Part shown: positions 32,282 through 42,527 of the stretch, piece after piece
Position numbering within the stretch: the first letter of the stretch is position 1
Layout of the letters: each line of letters opens with the position of its first letter
Virus record (IMG/VR): IMGVR_UViG_3300031215_000012
Coordinates: 2,966-66,965 of that record
Direction: 5' to 3' (one strand)
Source: a virus
DNA: 64,000 nt
Position numbers and translations under genes: made by a program
The notes under the pieces: model-generated
Databases searched by the model: none
What the model was told of the DNA's origin: nothing
The model's input: only the letters and a program-made list of their open reading frames with translations

Positions 32282-32288
32282 TTAAATA
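32282..32288 (+). promoter_or_regulatory. putative late promoter TTAAATA
   Basis: 4 nt upstream of terL ATG; same motif before many structural genes. Confidence 0.55.
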
Positions 32289-32292
32289 TAAT

Positions 32293-32856
32293 ATGGCAAA
32301 AGAGAAAATAGCTTGGATGGATAAAGATTTCGTCCCAACATTCGGGGAGGAATTTAACAATGTAGTAGAACCAGAATTTGATGCTGATATTTGGACAACA
32401 GAACTCGTAGATAAACTACTTGATAAAGTAGAAAATTATGGGTTAGATTTGAATAAATCTAAAAATCCTTTCTTTGAGAAAAACCCTCAATTGAGAAAAG
32501 GTCGCGTTGCTTTTCAAATGACAAACATGGAACTTGATGAATTTAAAAAGTGTAGAAAAGATATTTTACATTTTGCGAATAATTACGTACAACTTATGAC
32601 ACCAAAGGGTATTGGACATATTAAGTTGTACCCATATCAAGAAGAAATGTTGTTAAACTATCAATCAGGTAAAAACAATATTGTAGTAGGGTCAAGACAA
32701 ATTGGAAAATGTTTTTTTTCTAATACTCAGATAGTTACGAAACAATTTGGTACTATTCCCATCTATAAATTATGGTGGAAAGTCATAAAGAAAAAAACGA
32801 TACTTGATTATTGTAAGTATCGTTTATATTGTCTTTATGACTGGTTAGAAAAATAA
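32293..32856 (+). CDS. terL: terminase large subunit N-terminal fragment fused to 48-aa N-intein
   Basis: EFKKC..DI.HFANNY, LYPYQ, SRQIGK|CFFSNTQI (Walker A interrupted by intein block A at 32710). Confidence 0.9.
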   Translation: MAKEKIAWMDKDFVPTFGEEFNNVVEPEFDADIWTTELVDKLLDKVENYGLDLNKSKNPFFEKNPQLRKGRVAFQMTNMELDEFKKCRKDILHFANNYVQLMTPKGIGHIKLYPYQEEMLLNYQSGKNNIVVGSRQIGKCFFSNTQIVTKQFGTIPIYKLWWKVIKKKTILDYCKYRLYCLYDWLEK

Positions 32857-32903
32857 ATGTCAATATCTATCACATCTGCGGAATTGTTGATTAAATATAG
32901 TAT

Positions 32904-34592
32904 ATGATAACAAATGAAGATATTGCTGGTTATATTCTTAAATATTCTATAACCGAACCCACATGTGTTAATTGTGGTTGCTCAACTATTAAAAGAAACA
33001 AAACAGGCAAATTACAACCTCCAAGTACATTAAAATCTACTTGTTCTAGACTATGTGCAAAAGAATATTCTATTACCAATAGAATTAAAGAAGATACTAA
33101 GTCCGCTATTGAATATTTAGAAAGTAACAAATTAGAATATATAAATGATGCTATTTCTATTTATATACACAAATCTAATATGTTATCATATCCAAAATGT
33201 ACATCTTGTGGTTCAGACAATATGTATATATATAAAGAATTGACAAATGGTGATAGAGTAGTCACTAGCATTAAAAAATATTGCTCTAATAGTTGTAGTT
33301 CTAAAAATACATCAGTCGACAGATTACAAAAAGCAAAAGTAACTAATTTATTAAAATATGGTGTTGATAACCCCATGAAATCTGAATTGATTAAAGAAAA
33401 GGTAAAACAATCTAATATTGAGAAATACGGGGTTGATAATCCTATGAAGAATCCAAACATCTCCAATAAAAGTTCTACTAGAAAAAGGGAATTGTTTAAT
33501 GTAGAAGAACATCGAGAAAAAATAAAAAATAGACTAGAACACCAAAGACTAGAACAAATAACAAATTGGGACAATATTTTAAAAGATAAAAACATATCAG
33601 TTTCTTCATATACAAACGCCAGTCACTCTATACAATTGCAATGCAACTCCTGTTCTACAGTGTCCGATTGGTCAGTTTCACATTTACACAAATTGAAACA
33701 TTTGGATTTTGCTCCTTGTAAAAAATGCAATTCTAATAAATTAGGTGGCGGTAAATATTCAAAAATACACTTGAAAGTAGTTGATTTTTTAAAAGAACAC
33801 AATATAGATTTCGTTGAAAATACTTTTATACTAGGCAATAGAGAAATTGACATTTATATACCAAATATGAATATTGGGTTTGAAATTAATGGGTTATATT
33901 GGCACTCATCAGAAAGATTAGGTAAAGAGTATCACAAAATGAAAACTTTACTAGCAAAAGATATAGGTATAAAATTGATTCATTTATGGGAGGATGATAT
34001 AAACTATAAATTCGAGATAGTTAAATCTATGATACTAAATACTATTGGTAAATCTAAAAGGATATTTGCTAGAAATACTACAGTAGTAGAATTATCCAAT
34101 AACATTACTACTAGTTTTCTAAAAGAAAATCATATACAAGGTACTTGTAATAGTAAGACTAGATTAGGTCTTATATATGATAAGAAAATAGTTGCTATTA
34201 TGACTTTTGGTAAAAATAGATTTGAAAATGGTAGTACAGAACTTATCCGATTTTGTAATATTCTAAACACTACTGTAGTAGGTGGAGCTAGCAAGTTACT
34301 TAAATATTATACCAGAAACTTTAAATACGAAAGAATAATAAGTTTTTCTAATTCTGACTTCTCTGATGGTAATCTTTATAATAAACTTGGATTCGATTTC
34401 ATCAAAGATACTCCACCAACTTTGTATTGGACGAAACACGGAATACGAGAAAATAGAATGAAATACCAAAAGCACAAGTTAGATATACAACCACATGAAG
34501 AAAATTTAACAGCATCTGAAATAATGAAAAGTAGAGGATTTTTTACTATACATGGAGTAGGTAATAAAAAATATGAATATAATGAGAAATAA
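32904..34592 (+). CDS. free-standing homing endonuclease (Zn-ribbon repeats, Vsr/PD-(D/E)XK-like) between terL halves
   Basis: Several CxxC motifs, KYGVDNPMK x2, EIDIYIP..GFEINGLYWHS, C-terminal GGASKLL domain; own TTAAATA at 32891. Confidence 0.8.
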   Translation: MITNEDIAGYILKYSITEPTCVNCGCSTIKRNKTGKLQPPSTLKSTCSRLCAKEYSITNRIKEDTKSAIEYLESNKLEYINDAISIYIHKSNMLSYPKCTSCGSDNMYIYKELTNGDRVVTSIKKYCSNSCSSKNTSVDRLQKAKVTNLLKYGVDNPMKSELIKEKVKQSNIEKYGVDNPMKNPNISNKSSTRKRELFNVEEHREKIKNRLEHQRLEQITNWDNILKDKNISVSSYTNASHSIQLQCNSCSTVSDWSVSHLHKLKHLDFAPCKKCNSNKLGGGKYSKIHLKVVDFLKEHNIDFVENTFILGNREIDIYIPNMNIGFEINGLYWHSSERLGKEYHKMKTLLAKDIGIKLIHLWEDDINYKFEIVKSMILNTIGKSKRIFARNTTVVELSNNITTSFLKENHIQGTCNSKTRLGLIYDKKIVAIMTFGKNRFENGSTELIRFCNILNTTVVGGASKLLKYYTRNFKYERIISFSNSDFSDGNLYNKLGFDFIKDTPPTLYWTKHGIRENRMKYQKHKLDIQPHEENLTASEIMKSRGFFTIHGVGNKKYEYNEK

Positions 34593-36519
34593 ATTACAAT
34601 TACTGGTTATATTTTTAATCTCCAAAATAGAGAAGTACCAATATAGAAATTTGGAATTGGACGAAAACCATATAAACAAGAAAATAATAGATTCATTTGA
34701 ATTAGATGATATTCAAGTAGAATCTGATGCTGGTTGGGTTCCCGCATCTCACTTACATTGTACACAACCATATAAGGTTTACAAAGTAGAATTAGAAAAC
34801 GGGTTATTCTTAGAATGTGCTGATAATCACATTGTATTTACAAGTACGTTAGAAGAAAAATTTGTAAAGGATTTAACAACTAAAGATATTCTTTTTACTA
34901 AAGATGGTCCCGCTAAAGTTAAATCAATATCAAGTTTACCTATTAGTGTTGGTATGTTTGATTTAACTATTGATACTCCAGAACACCGATACTATACGAA
35001 TGGTATATTAAGTCACAATACCGTTGTTGCTGGTATTTTCTTAACTTGGTTCTTAATTTTTCACAAGGATAAAAATATAATGTTAGCAGCAAATAAAGGT
35101 GATACAGCAAAAGAAATATTAGACAAAGTAAAGAGTATTATTGCATACCTACCATTCTGGTTAAAACCTGGACTATTCACATGGAACATGTTCAGTATTA
35201 TGACTGATGCAGGGTCAAGAATACTAGCAACAACGACAACTGCTAAGGCAGCGATTGGTTATTCTATTCACTTATTATTTTTAGATGAGTTTGCCCACGT
35301 TAACGAGAACATTCAAAGAAGTTTCTGGGATAACATTTATCCGGTAATGGCGGCTGATCCAAACGCAAAACTTATAATAACAAGTACCCCAAATGGTTAC
35401 GAATTATTCCAAGAATTGTATCAATTTGCTGTTGATGGTAGAAATGGATTTAATCACATGTTAATTCCTTGGACTGATGTTCCGGGAAGAGATGAAAGTT
35501 GGGCAGATCAACAAATTGCGGTTATGGGTGAAGATGCCTTTAATGAACAATTTGCTTGTGCATTCCAAAGAAGTGATTTATTGTTACTTTCTGCAAATGA
35601 ATTAAAAGCATTAAGAGGTAACAGAAAAGAATTTATATCTCACGAATTTGAAATATTTGAAAAATACAATATATCTTACGATAATTTATTATTTCGTGAA
35701 GATTACAACATAGAAAATTTAAAACGAGATAAAATAATAGTAAGTGTTGATTTAGCTGAGGGTCTTGGTAAAGATTATATTGTAATGCAAATATTCAAAT
35801 TAACACCAAAGAGAGAACTTGATATTTTTATTCATGATAGTGAAATATTTCAATTAGACAAACACTTTGTACTTGACCAAATTGGTTTATATCGAGATAA
35901 TCTAACAAGTATTGAAGATTTTGCTAAACTTTTCTATAATATGTTTTTCACAGGAAAAATTATAAACATTGATAATGTTAAAGCGGTTGTCGAATGGAAT
36001 ACTTATGGTAGTTATTTTGACCAATTACTTAAAACAATGTACGGAGGTGATTTATATGAAGATGCTGTATATCTTAAAACCTTTCATAGAAAAGGTGCCA
36101 AGTCAAAAAGAAATGGTATTAGACAAGGTTTAGACAAAGGTAAAAACTGTGCGGAGGTTAAGAACCTGATTAAACAAGGTATAATTCAAATCTATGATAA
36201 ATGGTCAAGTGATGAATTTAGTCACTTTACAAGAAACAAAAGAGGGTCTTATGAAGCTAGTACAGGACATGATGATATGGTTATGGCTTGTGTTAACGTT
36301 GTTGAGATGTATAGAGATACATATTACCTTGATATGGTTGCGGAAGCATACGAACTCCTTGAAGAGGTTGTAAAAAATGAGATTATGAGTTTAATTAATA
36401 ATGGAAGTGCTCCAGATGATTCAACAGACTTTTTAGCAGAAGGTATGGGTGAAAATGAATTTGGTCAAGGTAGTGGCTTATTTGATGCTATGAATGACAA
36501 AATGGACGGATGGTTATAA
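34573..36519 (+). CDS. terL: terminase large subunit C-terminal fragment fused to ~146-149-aa C-intein
   Basis: Block B ECADNH, F/G MFDLTI..HRYYTNGILSHN|TVVAG; Walker B LFLDEFAH, ITSTPNG, VDLAEG.GKDY, HDDMVMA. Confidence 0.92.
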   Translation: MNIMRNKLQLLVIFLISKIEKYQYRNLELDENHINKKIIDSFELDDIQVESDAGWVPASHLHCTQPYKVYKVELENGLFLECADNHIVFTSTLEEKFVKDLTTKDILFTKDGPAKVKSISSLPISVGMFDLTIDTPEHRYYTNGILSHNTVVAGIFLTWFLIFHKDKNIMLAANKGDTAKEILDKVKSIIAYLPFWLKPGLFTWNMFSIMTDAGSRILATTTTAKAAIGYSIHLLFLDEFAHVNENIQRSFWDNIYPVMAADPNAKLIITSTPNGYELFQELYQFAVDGRNGFNHMLIPWTDVPGRDESWADQQIAVMGEDAFNEQFACAFQRSDLLLLSANELKALRGNRKEFISHEFEIFEKYNISYDNLLFREDYNIENLKRDKIIVSVDLAEGLGKDYIVMQIFKLTPKRELDIFIHDSEIFQLDKHFVLDQIGLYRDNLTSIEDFAKLFYNMFFTGKIINIDNVKAVVEWNTYGSYFDQLLKTMYGGDLYEDAVYLKTFHRKGAKSKRNGIRQGLDKGKNCAEVKNLIKQGIIQIYDKWSSDEFSHFTRNKRGSYEASTGHDDMVMACVNVVEMYRDTYYLDMVAEAYELLEEVVKNEIMSLINNGSAPDDSTDFLAEGMGENEFGQGSGLFDAMNDKMDGWL

Positions 36520-36522
36520 AAC

Positions 36523-36553
36523 AAAAAAGGGGAAAATTAATTCCCCTTTTTTT
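36523..36553. terminator. bidirectional terminator
   Basis: aaaaaaggggaa-aattaa-ttccccttttttt between convergent genes. Confidence 0.85.
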
Positions 36554-37940
36554 ATTTCTTGAATAAATTCTTAAAATTAGGTGTTGCCACTGCTTGAAAT
36601 TGTGGATTTGCTGTATAACTTCCTTTATATCGAATTTCAATATTAATAATTGGTTTGTTATCTGAGGTTATTGTAAAGAATACTTTTGCTGCATTAGTTC
36701 CATCTTCCCATGCATTCTTTTTACCTTTAGTTTTGACCATTTTTAAATCAGAATTGAATAATGTTGTCAATACTTCAATGATTGAATTCAAATCTTTAGT
36801 TTCAGACTTTTCAACTTGAATAGTTTTACCATTAAATCTTCCAATACCTGTTGATAGATAAAATACAAATTCATCGGCATTTACCATATCACTTAGATCT
36901 GTTCGAAATAACAATTCTAAAAATTGTTTTGTGAATTTATCTGTATAATTTGGTAAATTTTCACCAATAAACTTAAAGAAATTATTATCTGTTGATTTAA
37001 GATACATTCCCATTTGTTTTTGAGAAATATCAGAAATTAATTTTTTCTTTTCAGATTCAGATTTTTTATTTATTTCTAAATCTTTTAGTTTATAGTGTTT
37101 TTTTAATGTGTTATCAAAAAATATTTCCTTTTGATTTTCTACATTTTCTATAAAAGAGTCCTCTAATACATTTTTAAGTACAGACTTACTACCAGTAATA
37201 GGTTTATTAATCAATGTTGGATCAACATCTTTACTTTTTGCTTTCTTTTTTAATGATATACCTAAAAATTTACCATCTGAACCTTCAACAACAATATCAG
37301 AAGAATTATAATCTCTAATATTAGAAACAGGAGGATTAAACTTTTCTATTCGTTTATCCCATTTTTGACCAGTCCAAAACACATTCTTAGGAGTTGTAAG
37401 GTCTAAAATACTATTTGATGAGCTTATTGCTGTTGCAAGGTCATTATAGTTTTTATCATATTGTTCTAATAGTTTACCTTGTCCTGAAACTCCTATAATA
37501 GAACCAAAACTTTCTTTTGCTTGTTTAATAATTTCATTTGCTTCTTCAATTGTCAATTCACTTTTATACTGTTTACCAATAAGTACTAAAGACGCAACCA
37601 TTAATTCTTGGGTAGATGTACTTATTTTATCTCCTTGACTACCAATAGAACCCATACCAAATGTGATATTAGTTTTACTATATTCATTATCAGCAAACCA
37701 TTTAGATATTTCTTCTTCTAAATCTTTTGCTCTTATTTTCAATTGTCCTGATGCATTTGAAACTAATGGAATATCCTTAAACCCATATCCTTTTATCAAT
37801 GCAAGTAATCCTCTAATTATTTCAACATCTGGTTTTAATTTAACCTTATTGAGATCAGATTCATCATTAATTGCAATATTATAAGCATTTGATTCATTGA
37901 GAGTTAAATTCTCATTTAAAAAATGTCTAAAGTCTTTCAT
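36552..37940 (-). CDS. putative virion-packaged PD-(D/E)XK nuclease-like protein
   Basis: MKDFRHFLNE start; QE...SDIVV...GISLKK restriction-fold motif. Confidence 0.5.
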   Translation of the reverse strand: MKDFRHFLNENLTLNESNAYNIAINDESDLNKVKLKPDVEIIRGLLALIKGYGFKDIPLVSNASGQLKIRAKDLEEEISKWFADNEYSKTNITFGMGSIGSQGDKISTSTQELMVASLVLIGKQYKSELTIEEANEIIKQAKESFGSIIGVSGQGKLLEQYDKNYNDLATAISSSNSILDLTTPKNVFWTGQKWDKRIEKFNPPVSNIRDYNSSDIVVEGSDGKFLGISLKKKAKSKDVDPTLINKPITGSKSVLKNVLEDSFIENVENQKEIFFDNTLKKHYKLKDLEINKKSESEKKKLISDISQKQMGMYLKSTDNNFFKFIGENLPNYTDKFTKQFLELLFRTDLSDMVNADEFVFYLSTGIGRFNGKTIQVEKSETKDLNSIIEVLTTLFNSDLKMVKTKGKKNAWEDGTNAAKVFFTITSDNKPIINIEIRYKGSYTANPQFQAVATPNFKNLFKK

Positions 37941-37948
37941 TTATCTTG

Positions 37949-38446
37949 TTATTTTTTAATTTCATTTAGTGCTTCCATTGTGAATAAAGAAACCATTTCT
38001 GTTGCACTTTTATCTTCTAATAATACTAAATTATCCATTGTAGGTGTTTTATACTTAAAAGTATCAACATCTGTTAAATTCTTTTCAATGATTTTATCAT
38101 TTTCATCAACGTTTATAGTAACAGCAGTTTCAAATTCAACACTAAATCCATAAGATTCATCTTTATATTCAACTTCAAAGAATGGTAATACTGTAAATGA
38201 ATTATATTCATCATATAATAAATTTTCAGAAACATATTGTTTTAAAGTTGTTTTATAACTTGTAACAAAATCAACATCATCAAGCATCTTAGTAAATTGC
38301 TCTTCGTTATTAGTTTCATCATCCTCTGGTGTGGTAGGTTTATCGTCTGCGGTTGCACCAGTTTCTTCAGTAGGACTATCTGATGCAAATGTATCATCTT
38401 CCTTTTCTGCTTCTAATATGCGTTTAAAATATTTTAGTTCTTTCAT
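37949..38446 (-). CDS. acidic putative internal head protein
   Basis: MKELKYFKRILE start. Confidence 0.45.
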   Translation of the reverse strand: MKELKYFKRILEAEKEDDTFASDSPTEETGATADDKPTTPEDDETNNEEQFTKMLDDVDFVTSYKTTLKQYVSENLLYDEYNSFTVLPFFEVEYKDESYGFSVEFETAVTINVDENDKIIEKNLTDVDTFKYKTPTMDNLVLLEDKSATEMVSLFTMEALNEIKK

Positions 38447-38469
38447 GTTTAATCTATATTAATTTTTAA

Positions 38470-38736
38470 TTACATTTTTGCATTTCTATCATTTTGTGCT
38501 TTAATTTCATCAGGGTCTTCGTTTTCTGCCCACACATAACTTCTTGCGGTAGATTGTTCTTCAAACGAACAATTTAAAAACCTATTACTGAATTGTGCCA
38601 TACAATAATCATCAAGTGCTTTTCTATCTGCTGGTTTCATATCATTATAAACAGCTCTTTTGTCAGCATCTTGTGTATAAGATTTTCCAACCATCATAGT
38701 TGAACCTTCGGTCATAAATGATTTATACTTTTTCAT
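38470..38736 (-). CDS. putative internal head protein
   Basis: MKKYKSFMTE start, close to T4 CTS MKTYQEFIAE. Confidence 0.5.
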   Translation of the reverse strand: MKKYKSFMTEGSTMMVGKSYTQDADKRAVYNDMKPADRKALDDYCMAQFSNRFLNCSFEEQSTARSYVWAENEDPDEIKAQNDRNAKM

Positions 38737-39028
38737 TTGTAATTTCTTTATTTTCTATAATCTTATTAACTTTAGATTCGTTTGCTTTATAAATACCTAA
38801 TAATGTAAGTTGATGTGCTAACCACATTCCTAATATTGTAATGTGTTCCCAAGGTATAATATGAACATTTCCTTGATTCCATTGAACAATGGAATTAACA
38901 ACTTCAATTAATATTGCAATTACACCAAAAAGGAAAATAATCATTTGCATATTCAAGGCAAGGATTCTTGATGAAGATGGTTTACCTTCTTTGTAAATTG
39001 ATTCCTTTATTAATTCTTTGATGTTCAT
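38723..39028 (-). CDS. two-TM membrane protein (holin-like)
   Basis: GKPSSSRI followed by two hydrophobic segments. Confidence 0.45.
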   Translation of the reverse strand: MNIKELIKESIYKEGKPSSSRILALNMQMIIFLFGVIAILIEVVNSIVQWNQGNVHIIPWEHITILGMWLAHQLTLLGIYKANESKVNKIIENKEITNEKV

Positions 39029-39039
39029 TACATAATCTA

Positions 39040-39267
39040 TTATTTTTTAGGTTCTATCCAGTCTAACTTTACAACTTCAACTGGAGATATGCTCAATTTA
39101 GAATCAATTGCTCTAATTTTAACTCTACCACCATCTGGATTTTCAATTAGTTCATAAGTGAAATCGTTTTTTGGGTCATCAGAAAATTCTACTTTGATAG
39201 TAACCTTGTCACCTTTTTTAAAGTTAGGTGTCTTTGCTTCGTTTAATATGTCGTTTAGTGATTTCAT
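39040..39267 (-). CDS. putative internal head protein
   Basis: MKSLNDILNE start; SH3-like body. Confidence 0.5.
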   Translation of the reverse strand: MKSLNDILNEAKTPNFKKGDKVTIKVEFSDDPKNDFTYELIENPDGGRVKIRAIDSKLSISPVEVVKLDWIEPKK

Positions 39268-39272
39268 AATAT

Positions 39273-39875
39273 TTATTTTTTTTTCCCTGCTATTGTTGTT
39301 CCTTCCCGAGGACTATCATAATCTCTTAGAGTAATCTTCCATTGTCTTACTTGACCTAAATTTACTCCTAAATCTTTAGATTTAATTCTCAATTCTCTTT
39401 TAAAAATCTTAAAAATTTTGTCAGCAAGAGGTCTTGATGACCCTTCTTTTCCAAATAGTGATTCAGTTGTTTCTCTAACAACCTTTGCACTATTTTTCAT
39501 TTTCTTAGTTTGTCTAATTTTTCTTTCGTTTAATTGAGATTCATCTAAATCATCGTCTTCAATATCTTCTTCGTCAGGAATATCAAGGACAACTTCAATT
39601 TCAATGTTGTTTTCATCATCTTCTGCATCCTTTTCCATATCTATCAATCTTGTATAATAATCTGGAATTTCTGCAAGATGGTCTTTTGTAATTTCTTCTG
39701 CTTTGTTTTCATCATCAGTGTGTTCCATTTCAACTTCAATACCCATATTAAATTCTTTTTGTAAGTCTTTAATATCGACATTATGTTTCTTAGCAATATC
39801 TGATAATGACATATCATCTGATTCTCCACCTTTTAATTGGTCTTTTTCATTTAAGAAATGTTTAACACTTTTCAT
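39273..39875 (-). CDS. putative internal head protein with DUF5661-like domain
   Basis: MKSVKHFLNE; MGIEVEMEHT....AEEITKDHLAEIPDYYTRL. Confidence 0.6.
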   Translation of the reverse strand: MKSVKHFLNEKDQLKGGESDDMSLSDIAKKHNVDIKDLQKEFNMGIEVEMEHTDDENKAEEITKDHLAEIPDYYTRLIDMEKDAEDDENNIEIEVVLDIPDEEDIEDDDLDESQLNERKIRQTKKMKNSAKVVRETTESLFGKEGSSRPLADKIFKIFKRELRIKSKDLGVNLGQVRQWKITLRDYDSPREGTTIAGKKK

Positions 39876-39900
39876 TTAACCTTTTTATTTTGTATTATAT

Positions 39901-40488
39901 TTACTCGCCTTCTTTCTCCTCTTCAATATCCTCACAATGTTCTTCAGCGTCTAAATCATTCAATAAAGATTTTGCGTTTGTGTAAACTTTATTTTCACCT
40001 GCTTTAACTTCAATTGTCCTATCAACAACCATTGCTGCTGGTAATTCACCTTGCATTCTTCTAAATTCTTCTTGCATTGATATAACATGTAGTTGAACAT
40101 TCTTTAACATGTCAATGATGTTACTTTGTAATTGTCCAGCAACTTCAAATAAACGTGGATTCATATCCCCACCATCAATACCATTTACAATGACATCAAT
40201 CATGTGTTCTGCAATTCTAATCTGTCTAAACAAAGATTTGATGTTACCTGTTGTAACTGCTGCCTTTGCTGCCATAAACTCATTCTTGGAAAGTATCTTG
40301 GCATCAAAATATAATTTCATACAAGATAATACGATTTTTTGTGCTTTTGTTTTTGTTTGCTCATTGACTTGATGCATATCAATAGGGTCAATCCTATCAA
40401 TAACTAATTCTGGAAATCCCTCTGTTGGATCAGAATCATTGATTAGTCCATCAATCTCGTTTCTTAAATAGTCTTTATCTGATTTCAT
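39901..40488 (-). CDS. terminase small subunit (T4 gp16-like)
   Basis: NPRLFEVAGQL motif resembling gp16 PRAYEVAGQL; late TTAAATA upstream. Confidence 0.65.
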   Translation of the reverse strand: MKSDKDYLRNEIDGLINDSDPTEGFPELVIDRIDPIDMHQVNEQTKTKAQKIVLSCMKLYFDAKILSKNEFMAAKAAVTTGNIKSLFRQIRIAEHMIDVIVNGIDGGDMNPRLFEVAGQLQSNIIDMLKNVQLHVISMQEEFRRMQGELPAAMVVDRTIEVKAGENKVYTNAKSLLNDLDAEEHCEDIEEEKEGE

Positions 40489-40762
40489 ATTATAGTTTTT
40501 ATTATAAACTATTTAATGTTCTACAAACAACAGTATTAGGGTCTTAGTAACTTTGGTCACAAGGTCTACTGTCACATGTTTCACATTCACAAGGTGAATA
40601 ACTACAACAATCAAAGGCATTTCCATTCCGCTGGAATTTCTTTGAACATCATATTACCATCATCGTAATAACCTAACAATATGTCAAGAAGTCTTGCTTT
40701 CCTTTTTAAGGAATCAATATCTGATAATACTTTGTCTAAACTCGGTGTTACTTCTAAATCCA

Positions 40763-40990
40763 TTATGCTTTATATCTTTTATAATAGTTTCCTGTTTGTT
40801 TCTTTTCTATTTTATTAACATCTTCATAAGACAGTAATAATCCAAATACACACATTGAAAACAATACCGTACAAGAAACAAAATTCAATGCTGGAATATC
40901 AGCAAAATACAATTCCATTAGTTTGATTGTTGCAAACAAAGAAATTAACAATTGTACGATTCTTCTTAATCCTAATTTTAACTTTTCCAT
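40763..40990 (-). CDS. small membrane protein
   Basis: Two hydrophobic segments; follows promoter cassette. Confidence 0.55.
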   Translation of the reverse strand: MEKLKLGLRRIVQLLISLFATIKLMELYFADIPALNFVSCTVLFSMCVFGLLLSYEDVNKIEKKQTGNYYKRYKA

Positions 40991-41065
40991 AGTAGTTGAT
41001 TTAGTTATATTGATGACTCCTTCACCAACAAATACAAGATACGAAATTAATTTGACATAAACTAA
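40991..41065 (-). promoter_or_regulatory. early promoter plus hairpin leader
   Basis: TTAG-N20-TATCTTGT; TTGGTGA..TCATCAA hairpin. Confidence 0.65.
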
Positions 41066-41116
41066 TTTTTGCCAGTATTTATTTTTACTGGCGTTTATTA
41101 GATTGTTAAATACTTT

Positions 41117-41305
41117 ATGAAAAACTTACAATATTTCCTTAATGAAGAACAAGAAGAACAAGAAGAACCAACAACTGCTGAAAAGATAGTTGATGATGGT
41201 ATCGACAAAGACGAAAAGAAACAAATAGAAGAAGATGCTGAAGAAGCAAAAAGAATTGCTGCAGACATTATCAAATCTAAAGAAAAAAACGGTAAAGAAG
41301 ACTAA
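41117..41305 (+). CDS. small acidic putative internal head peptide
   Basis: MKNLQYFLNE start, TTAAATA at 41106; paralogue of 51388..51600. Confidence 0.6.
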   Translation: MKNLQYFLNEEQEEQEEPTTAEKIVDDGIDKDEKKQIEEDAEEAKRIAADIIKSKEKNGKED

Positions 41306-42033
41306 CCAATTTCATCTACAATTGCTTTAATAGTTTTTAATGATAAAGTTTCTTTACTAATCTTTAAAATATCTACAACTTTGTTAATCTTTAGTTGTCT
41401 TTTACTATCTTTTGGACACAATTCAACAAATTGACTTCTTAAATTGTTATAAACACTTCTGTATTTTGTGTCGATTGCGTTCCACAATTCTTCACGTTCT
41501 AATTCTTCACCCAATTTATATAAATCTTTCAATATCCAATTCATTGCAGCGTAATCTACAATTTTACCTTCCAAGGCAACTTGAGTTCCAATATCTCTGA
41601 TCCGTAATGAATGAAAAATAGACTTCAATGCTAATTTTTTGTCATAATCAGCTGCAACTATCAATTTCTTCTTACCTTTAACGAAACTATTGTCTGATAC
41701 GGTGCTTATAGACTTACGTAATCGAACTTTATCAAGGATATGTGTAAAGTGTACACTTTCTTTTAAAATGTGCTTAGATGGCAAGAAAACACATTCTAAT
41801 GCTTGTATGTCTTGATTTAACAACAATTGTTCAAATTGTGCAACTGTAACATGATGAATATCTATACTTTCAGATTCAGTAAATGTCTTTTGAATCACAT
41901 AATAATCTTCATCACTATCTTTATTATTAGTTCCATATACATGTGAACCAAATCTATACATATTTAAGGTGTTTTCTGATTTTAATATTTTATCTATCAT
42001 TTTCAATTTATTTGTTAGGTAAATTAATTTCAT
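41302..42033 (-). CDS. nucleotidyltransferase (Pol-beta superfamily)
   Basis: FGSHVYGT...SDEDY; start likely MIDKIL. Confidence 0.75.
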   Translation of the reverse strand: MKLIYLTNKLKMIDKILKSENTLNMYRFGSHVYGTNNKDSDEDYYVIQKTFTESESIDIHHVTVAQFEQLLLNQDIQALECVFLPSKHILKESVHFTHILDKVRLRKSISTVSDNSFVKGKKKLIVAADYDKKLALKSIFHSLRIRDIGTQVALEGKIVDYAAMNWILKDLYKLGEELEREELWNAIDTKYRSVYNNLRSQFVELCPKDSKRQLKINKVVDILKISKETLSLKTIKAIVDEIG

Positions 42034-42274
42034 CTGTTGGACACCAATGTGTTGGAACTAAATCAAAATATCTAGTACCACTACAACACTGATTATCTTC
42101 TCCGGTGTTTTCATCACCAATCCATCCTTGAAATTTGAATGATTTTGATTCACCTTTAAAAGTGGTTATTCCTGTTACACTAGTGGTTGCAATTTCAGTA
42201 CCATCAGTAACTAAATATGTTTTAAATCCTTCTGTTGGAAATCCAACATCTTTTATACTTCTCCAATTTATCAT
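42008..42274 (-). CDS. DUF551-like hypothetical protein
   Basis: W.S.....P..YLV...PTHW.P pattern. Confidence 0.5.
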   Translation of the reverse strand: MINWRSIKDVGFPTEGFKTYLVTDGTEIATTSVTGITTFKGESKSFKFQGWIGDENTGEDNQCCSGTRYFDLVPTHWCPTDEINLPNK

Positions 42275-42278
42275 AATT

Positions 42279-42416
42279 TTAGTCTAAATATGTTATTTCT
42301 TCTTCTAATTTATCAACAACTTATCCAATCTATTTGATTTGATAAAGTGATGTGTTACTATTTTCAACCATATACATGATTTCTGCAACTAATTCTAATG
42401 CTCTCGATTCTGACAT
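42279..42416 (-). pseudogene. small gene with two internal stops
   Basis: MSESRALELVAEIMYMVENSNTSLYQIK*IG*VVDKLEEEITYLD* directly behind a promoter cassette. Confidence 0.45.
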
Positions 42417-42494
42417 AATTTATTTTTAAGTTACATTGGTAATAACTCCCTCACCAACAATACTAAGATACTAAAAAACCCCCAATAAAACAAA
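42417..42494 (-). promoter_or_regulatory. early promoter plus hairpin leader
   Basis: TTTG-N20-TATCTTAG; TTGGTGA..TTACCAA hairpin. Confidence 0.75.
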
Positions 42495-42527
42495 TTATTA
42501 GGGGTTTATTTTCAATTTATTTTAATA

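Noticed and set aside
32857-34572. Group I intron joining the terL halves
   Set aside because: The halves share a frame, but only 47 nt of non-coding DNA precede the endonuclease and it overlaps ORF2, leaving no room for a ribozyme core; split-intein motifs explain the layout.
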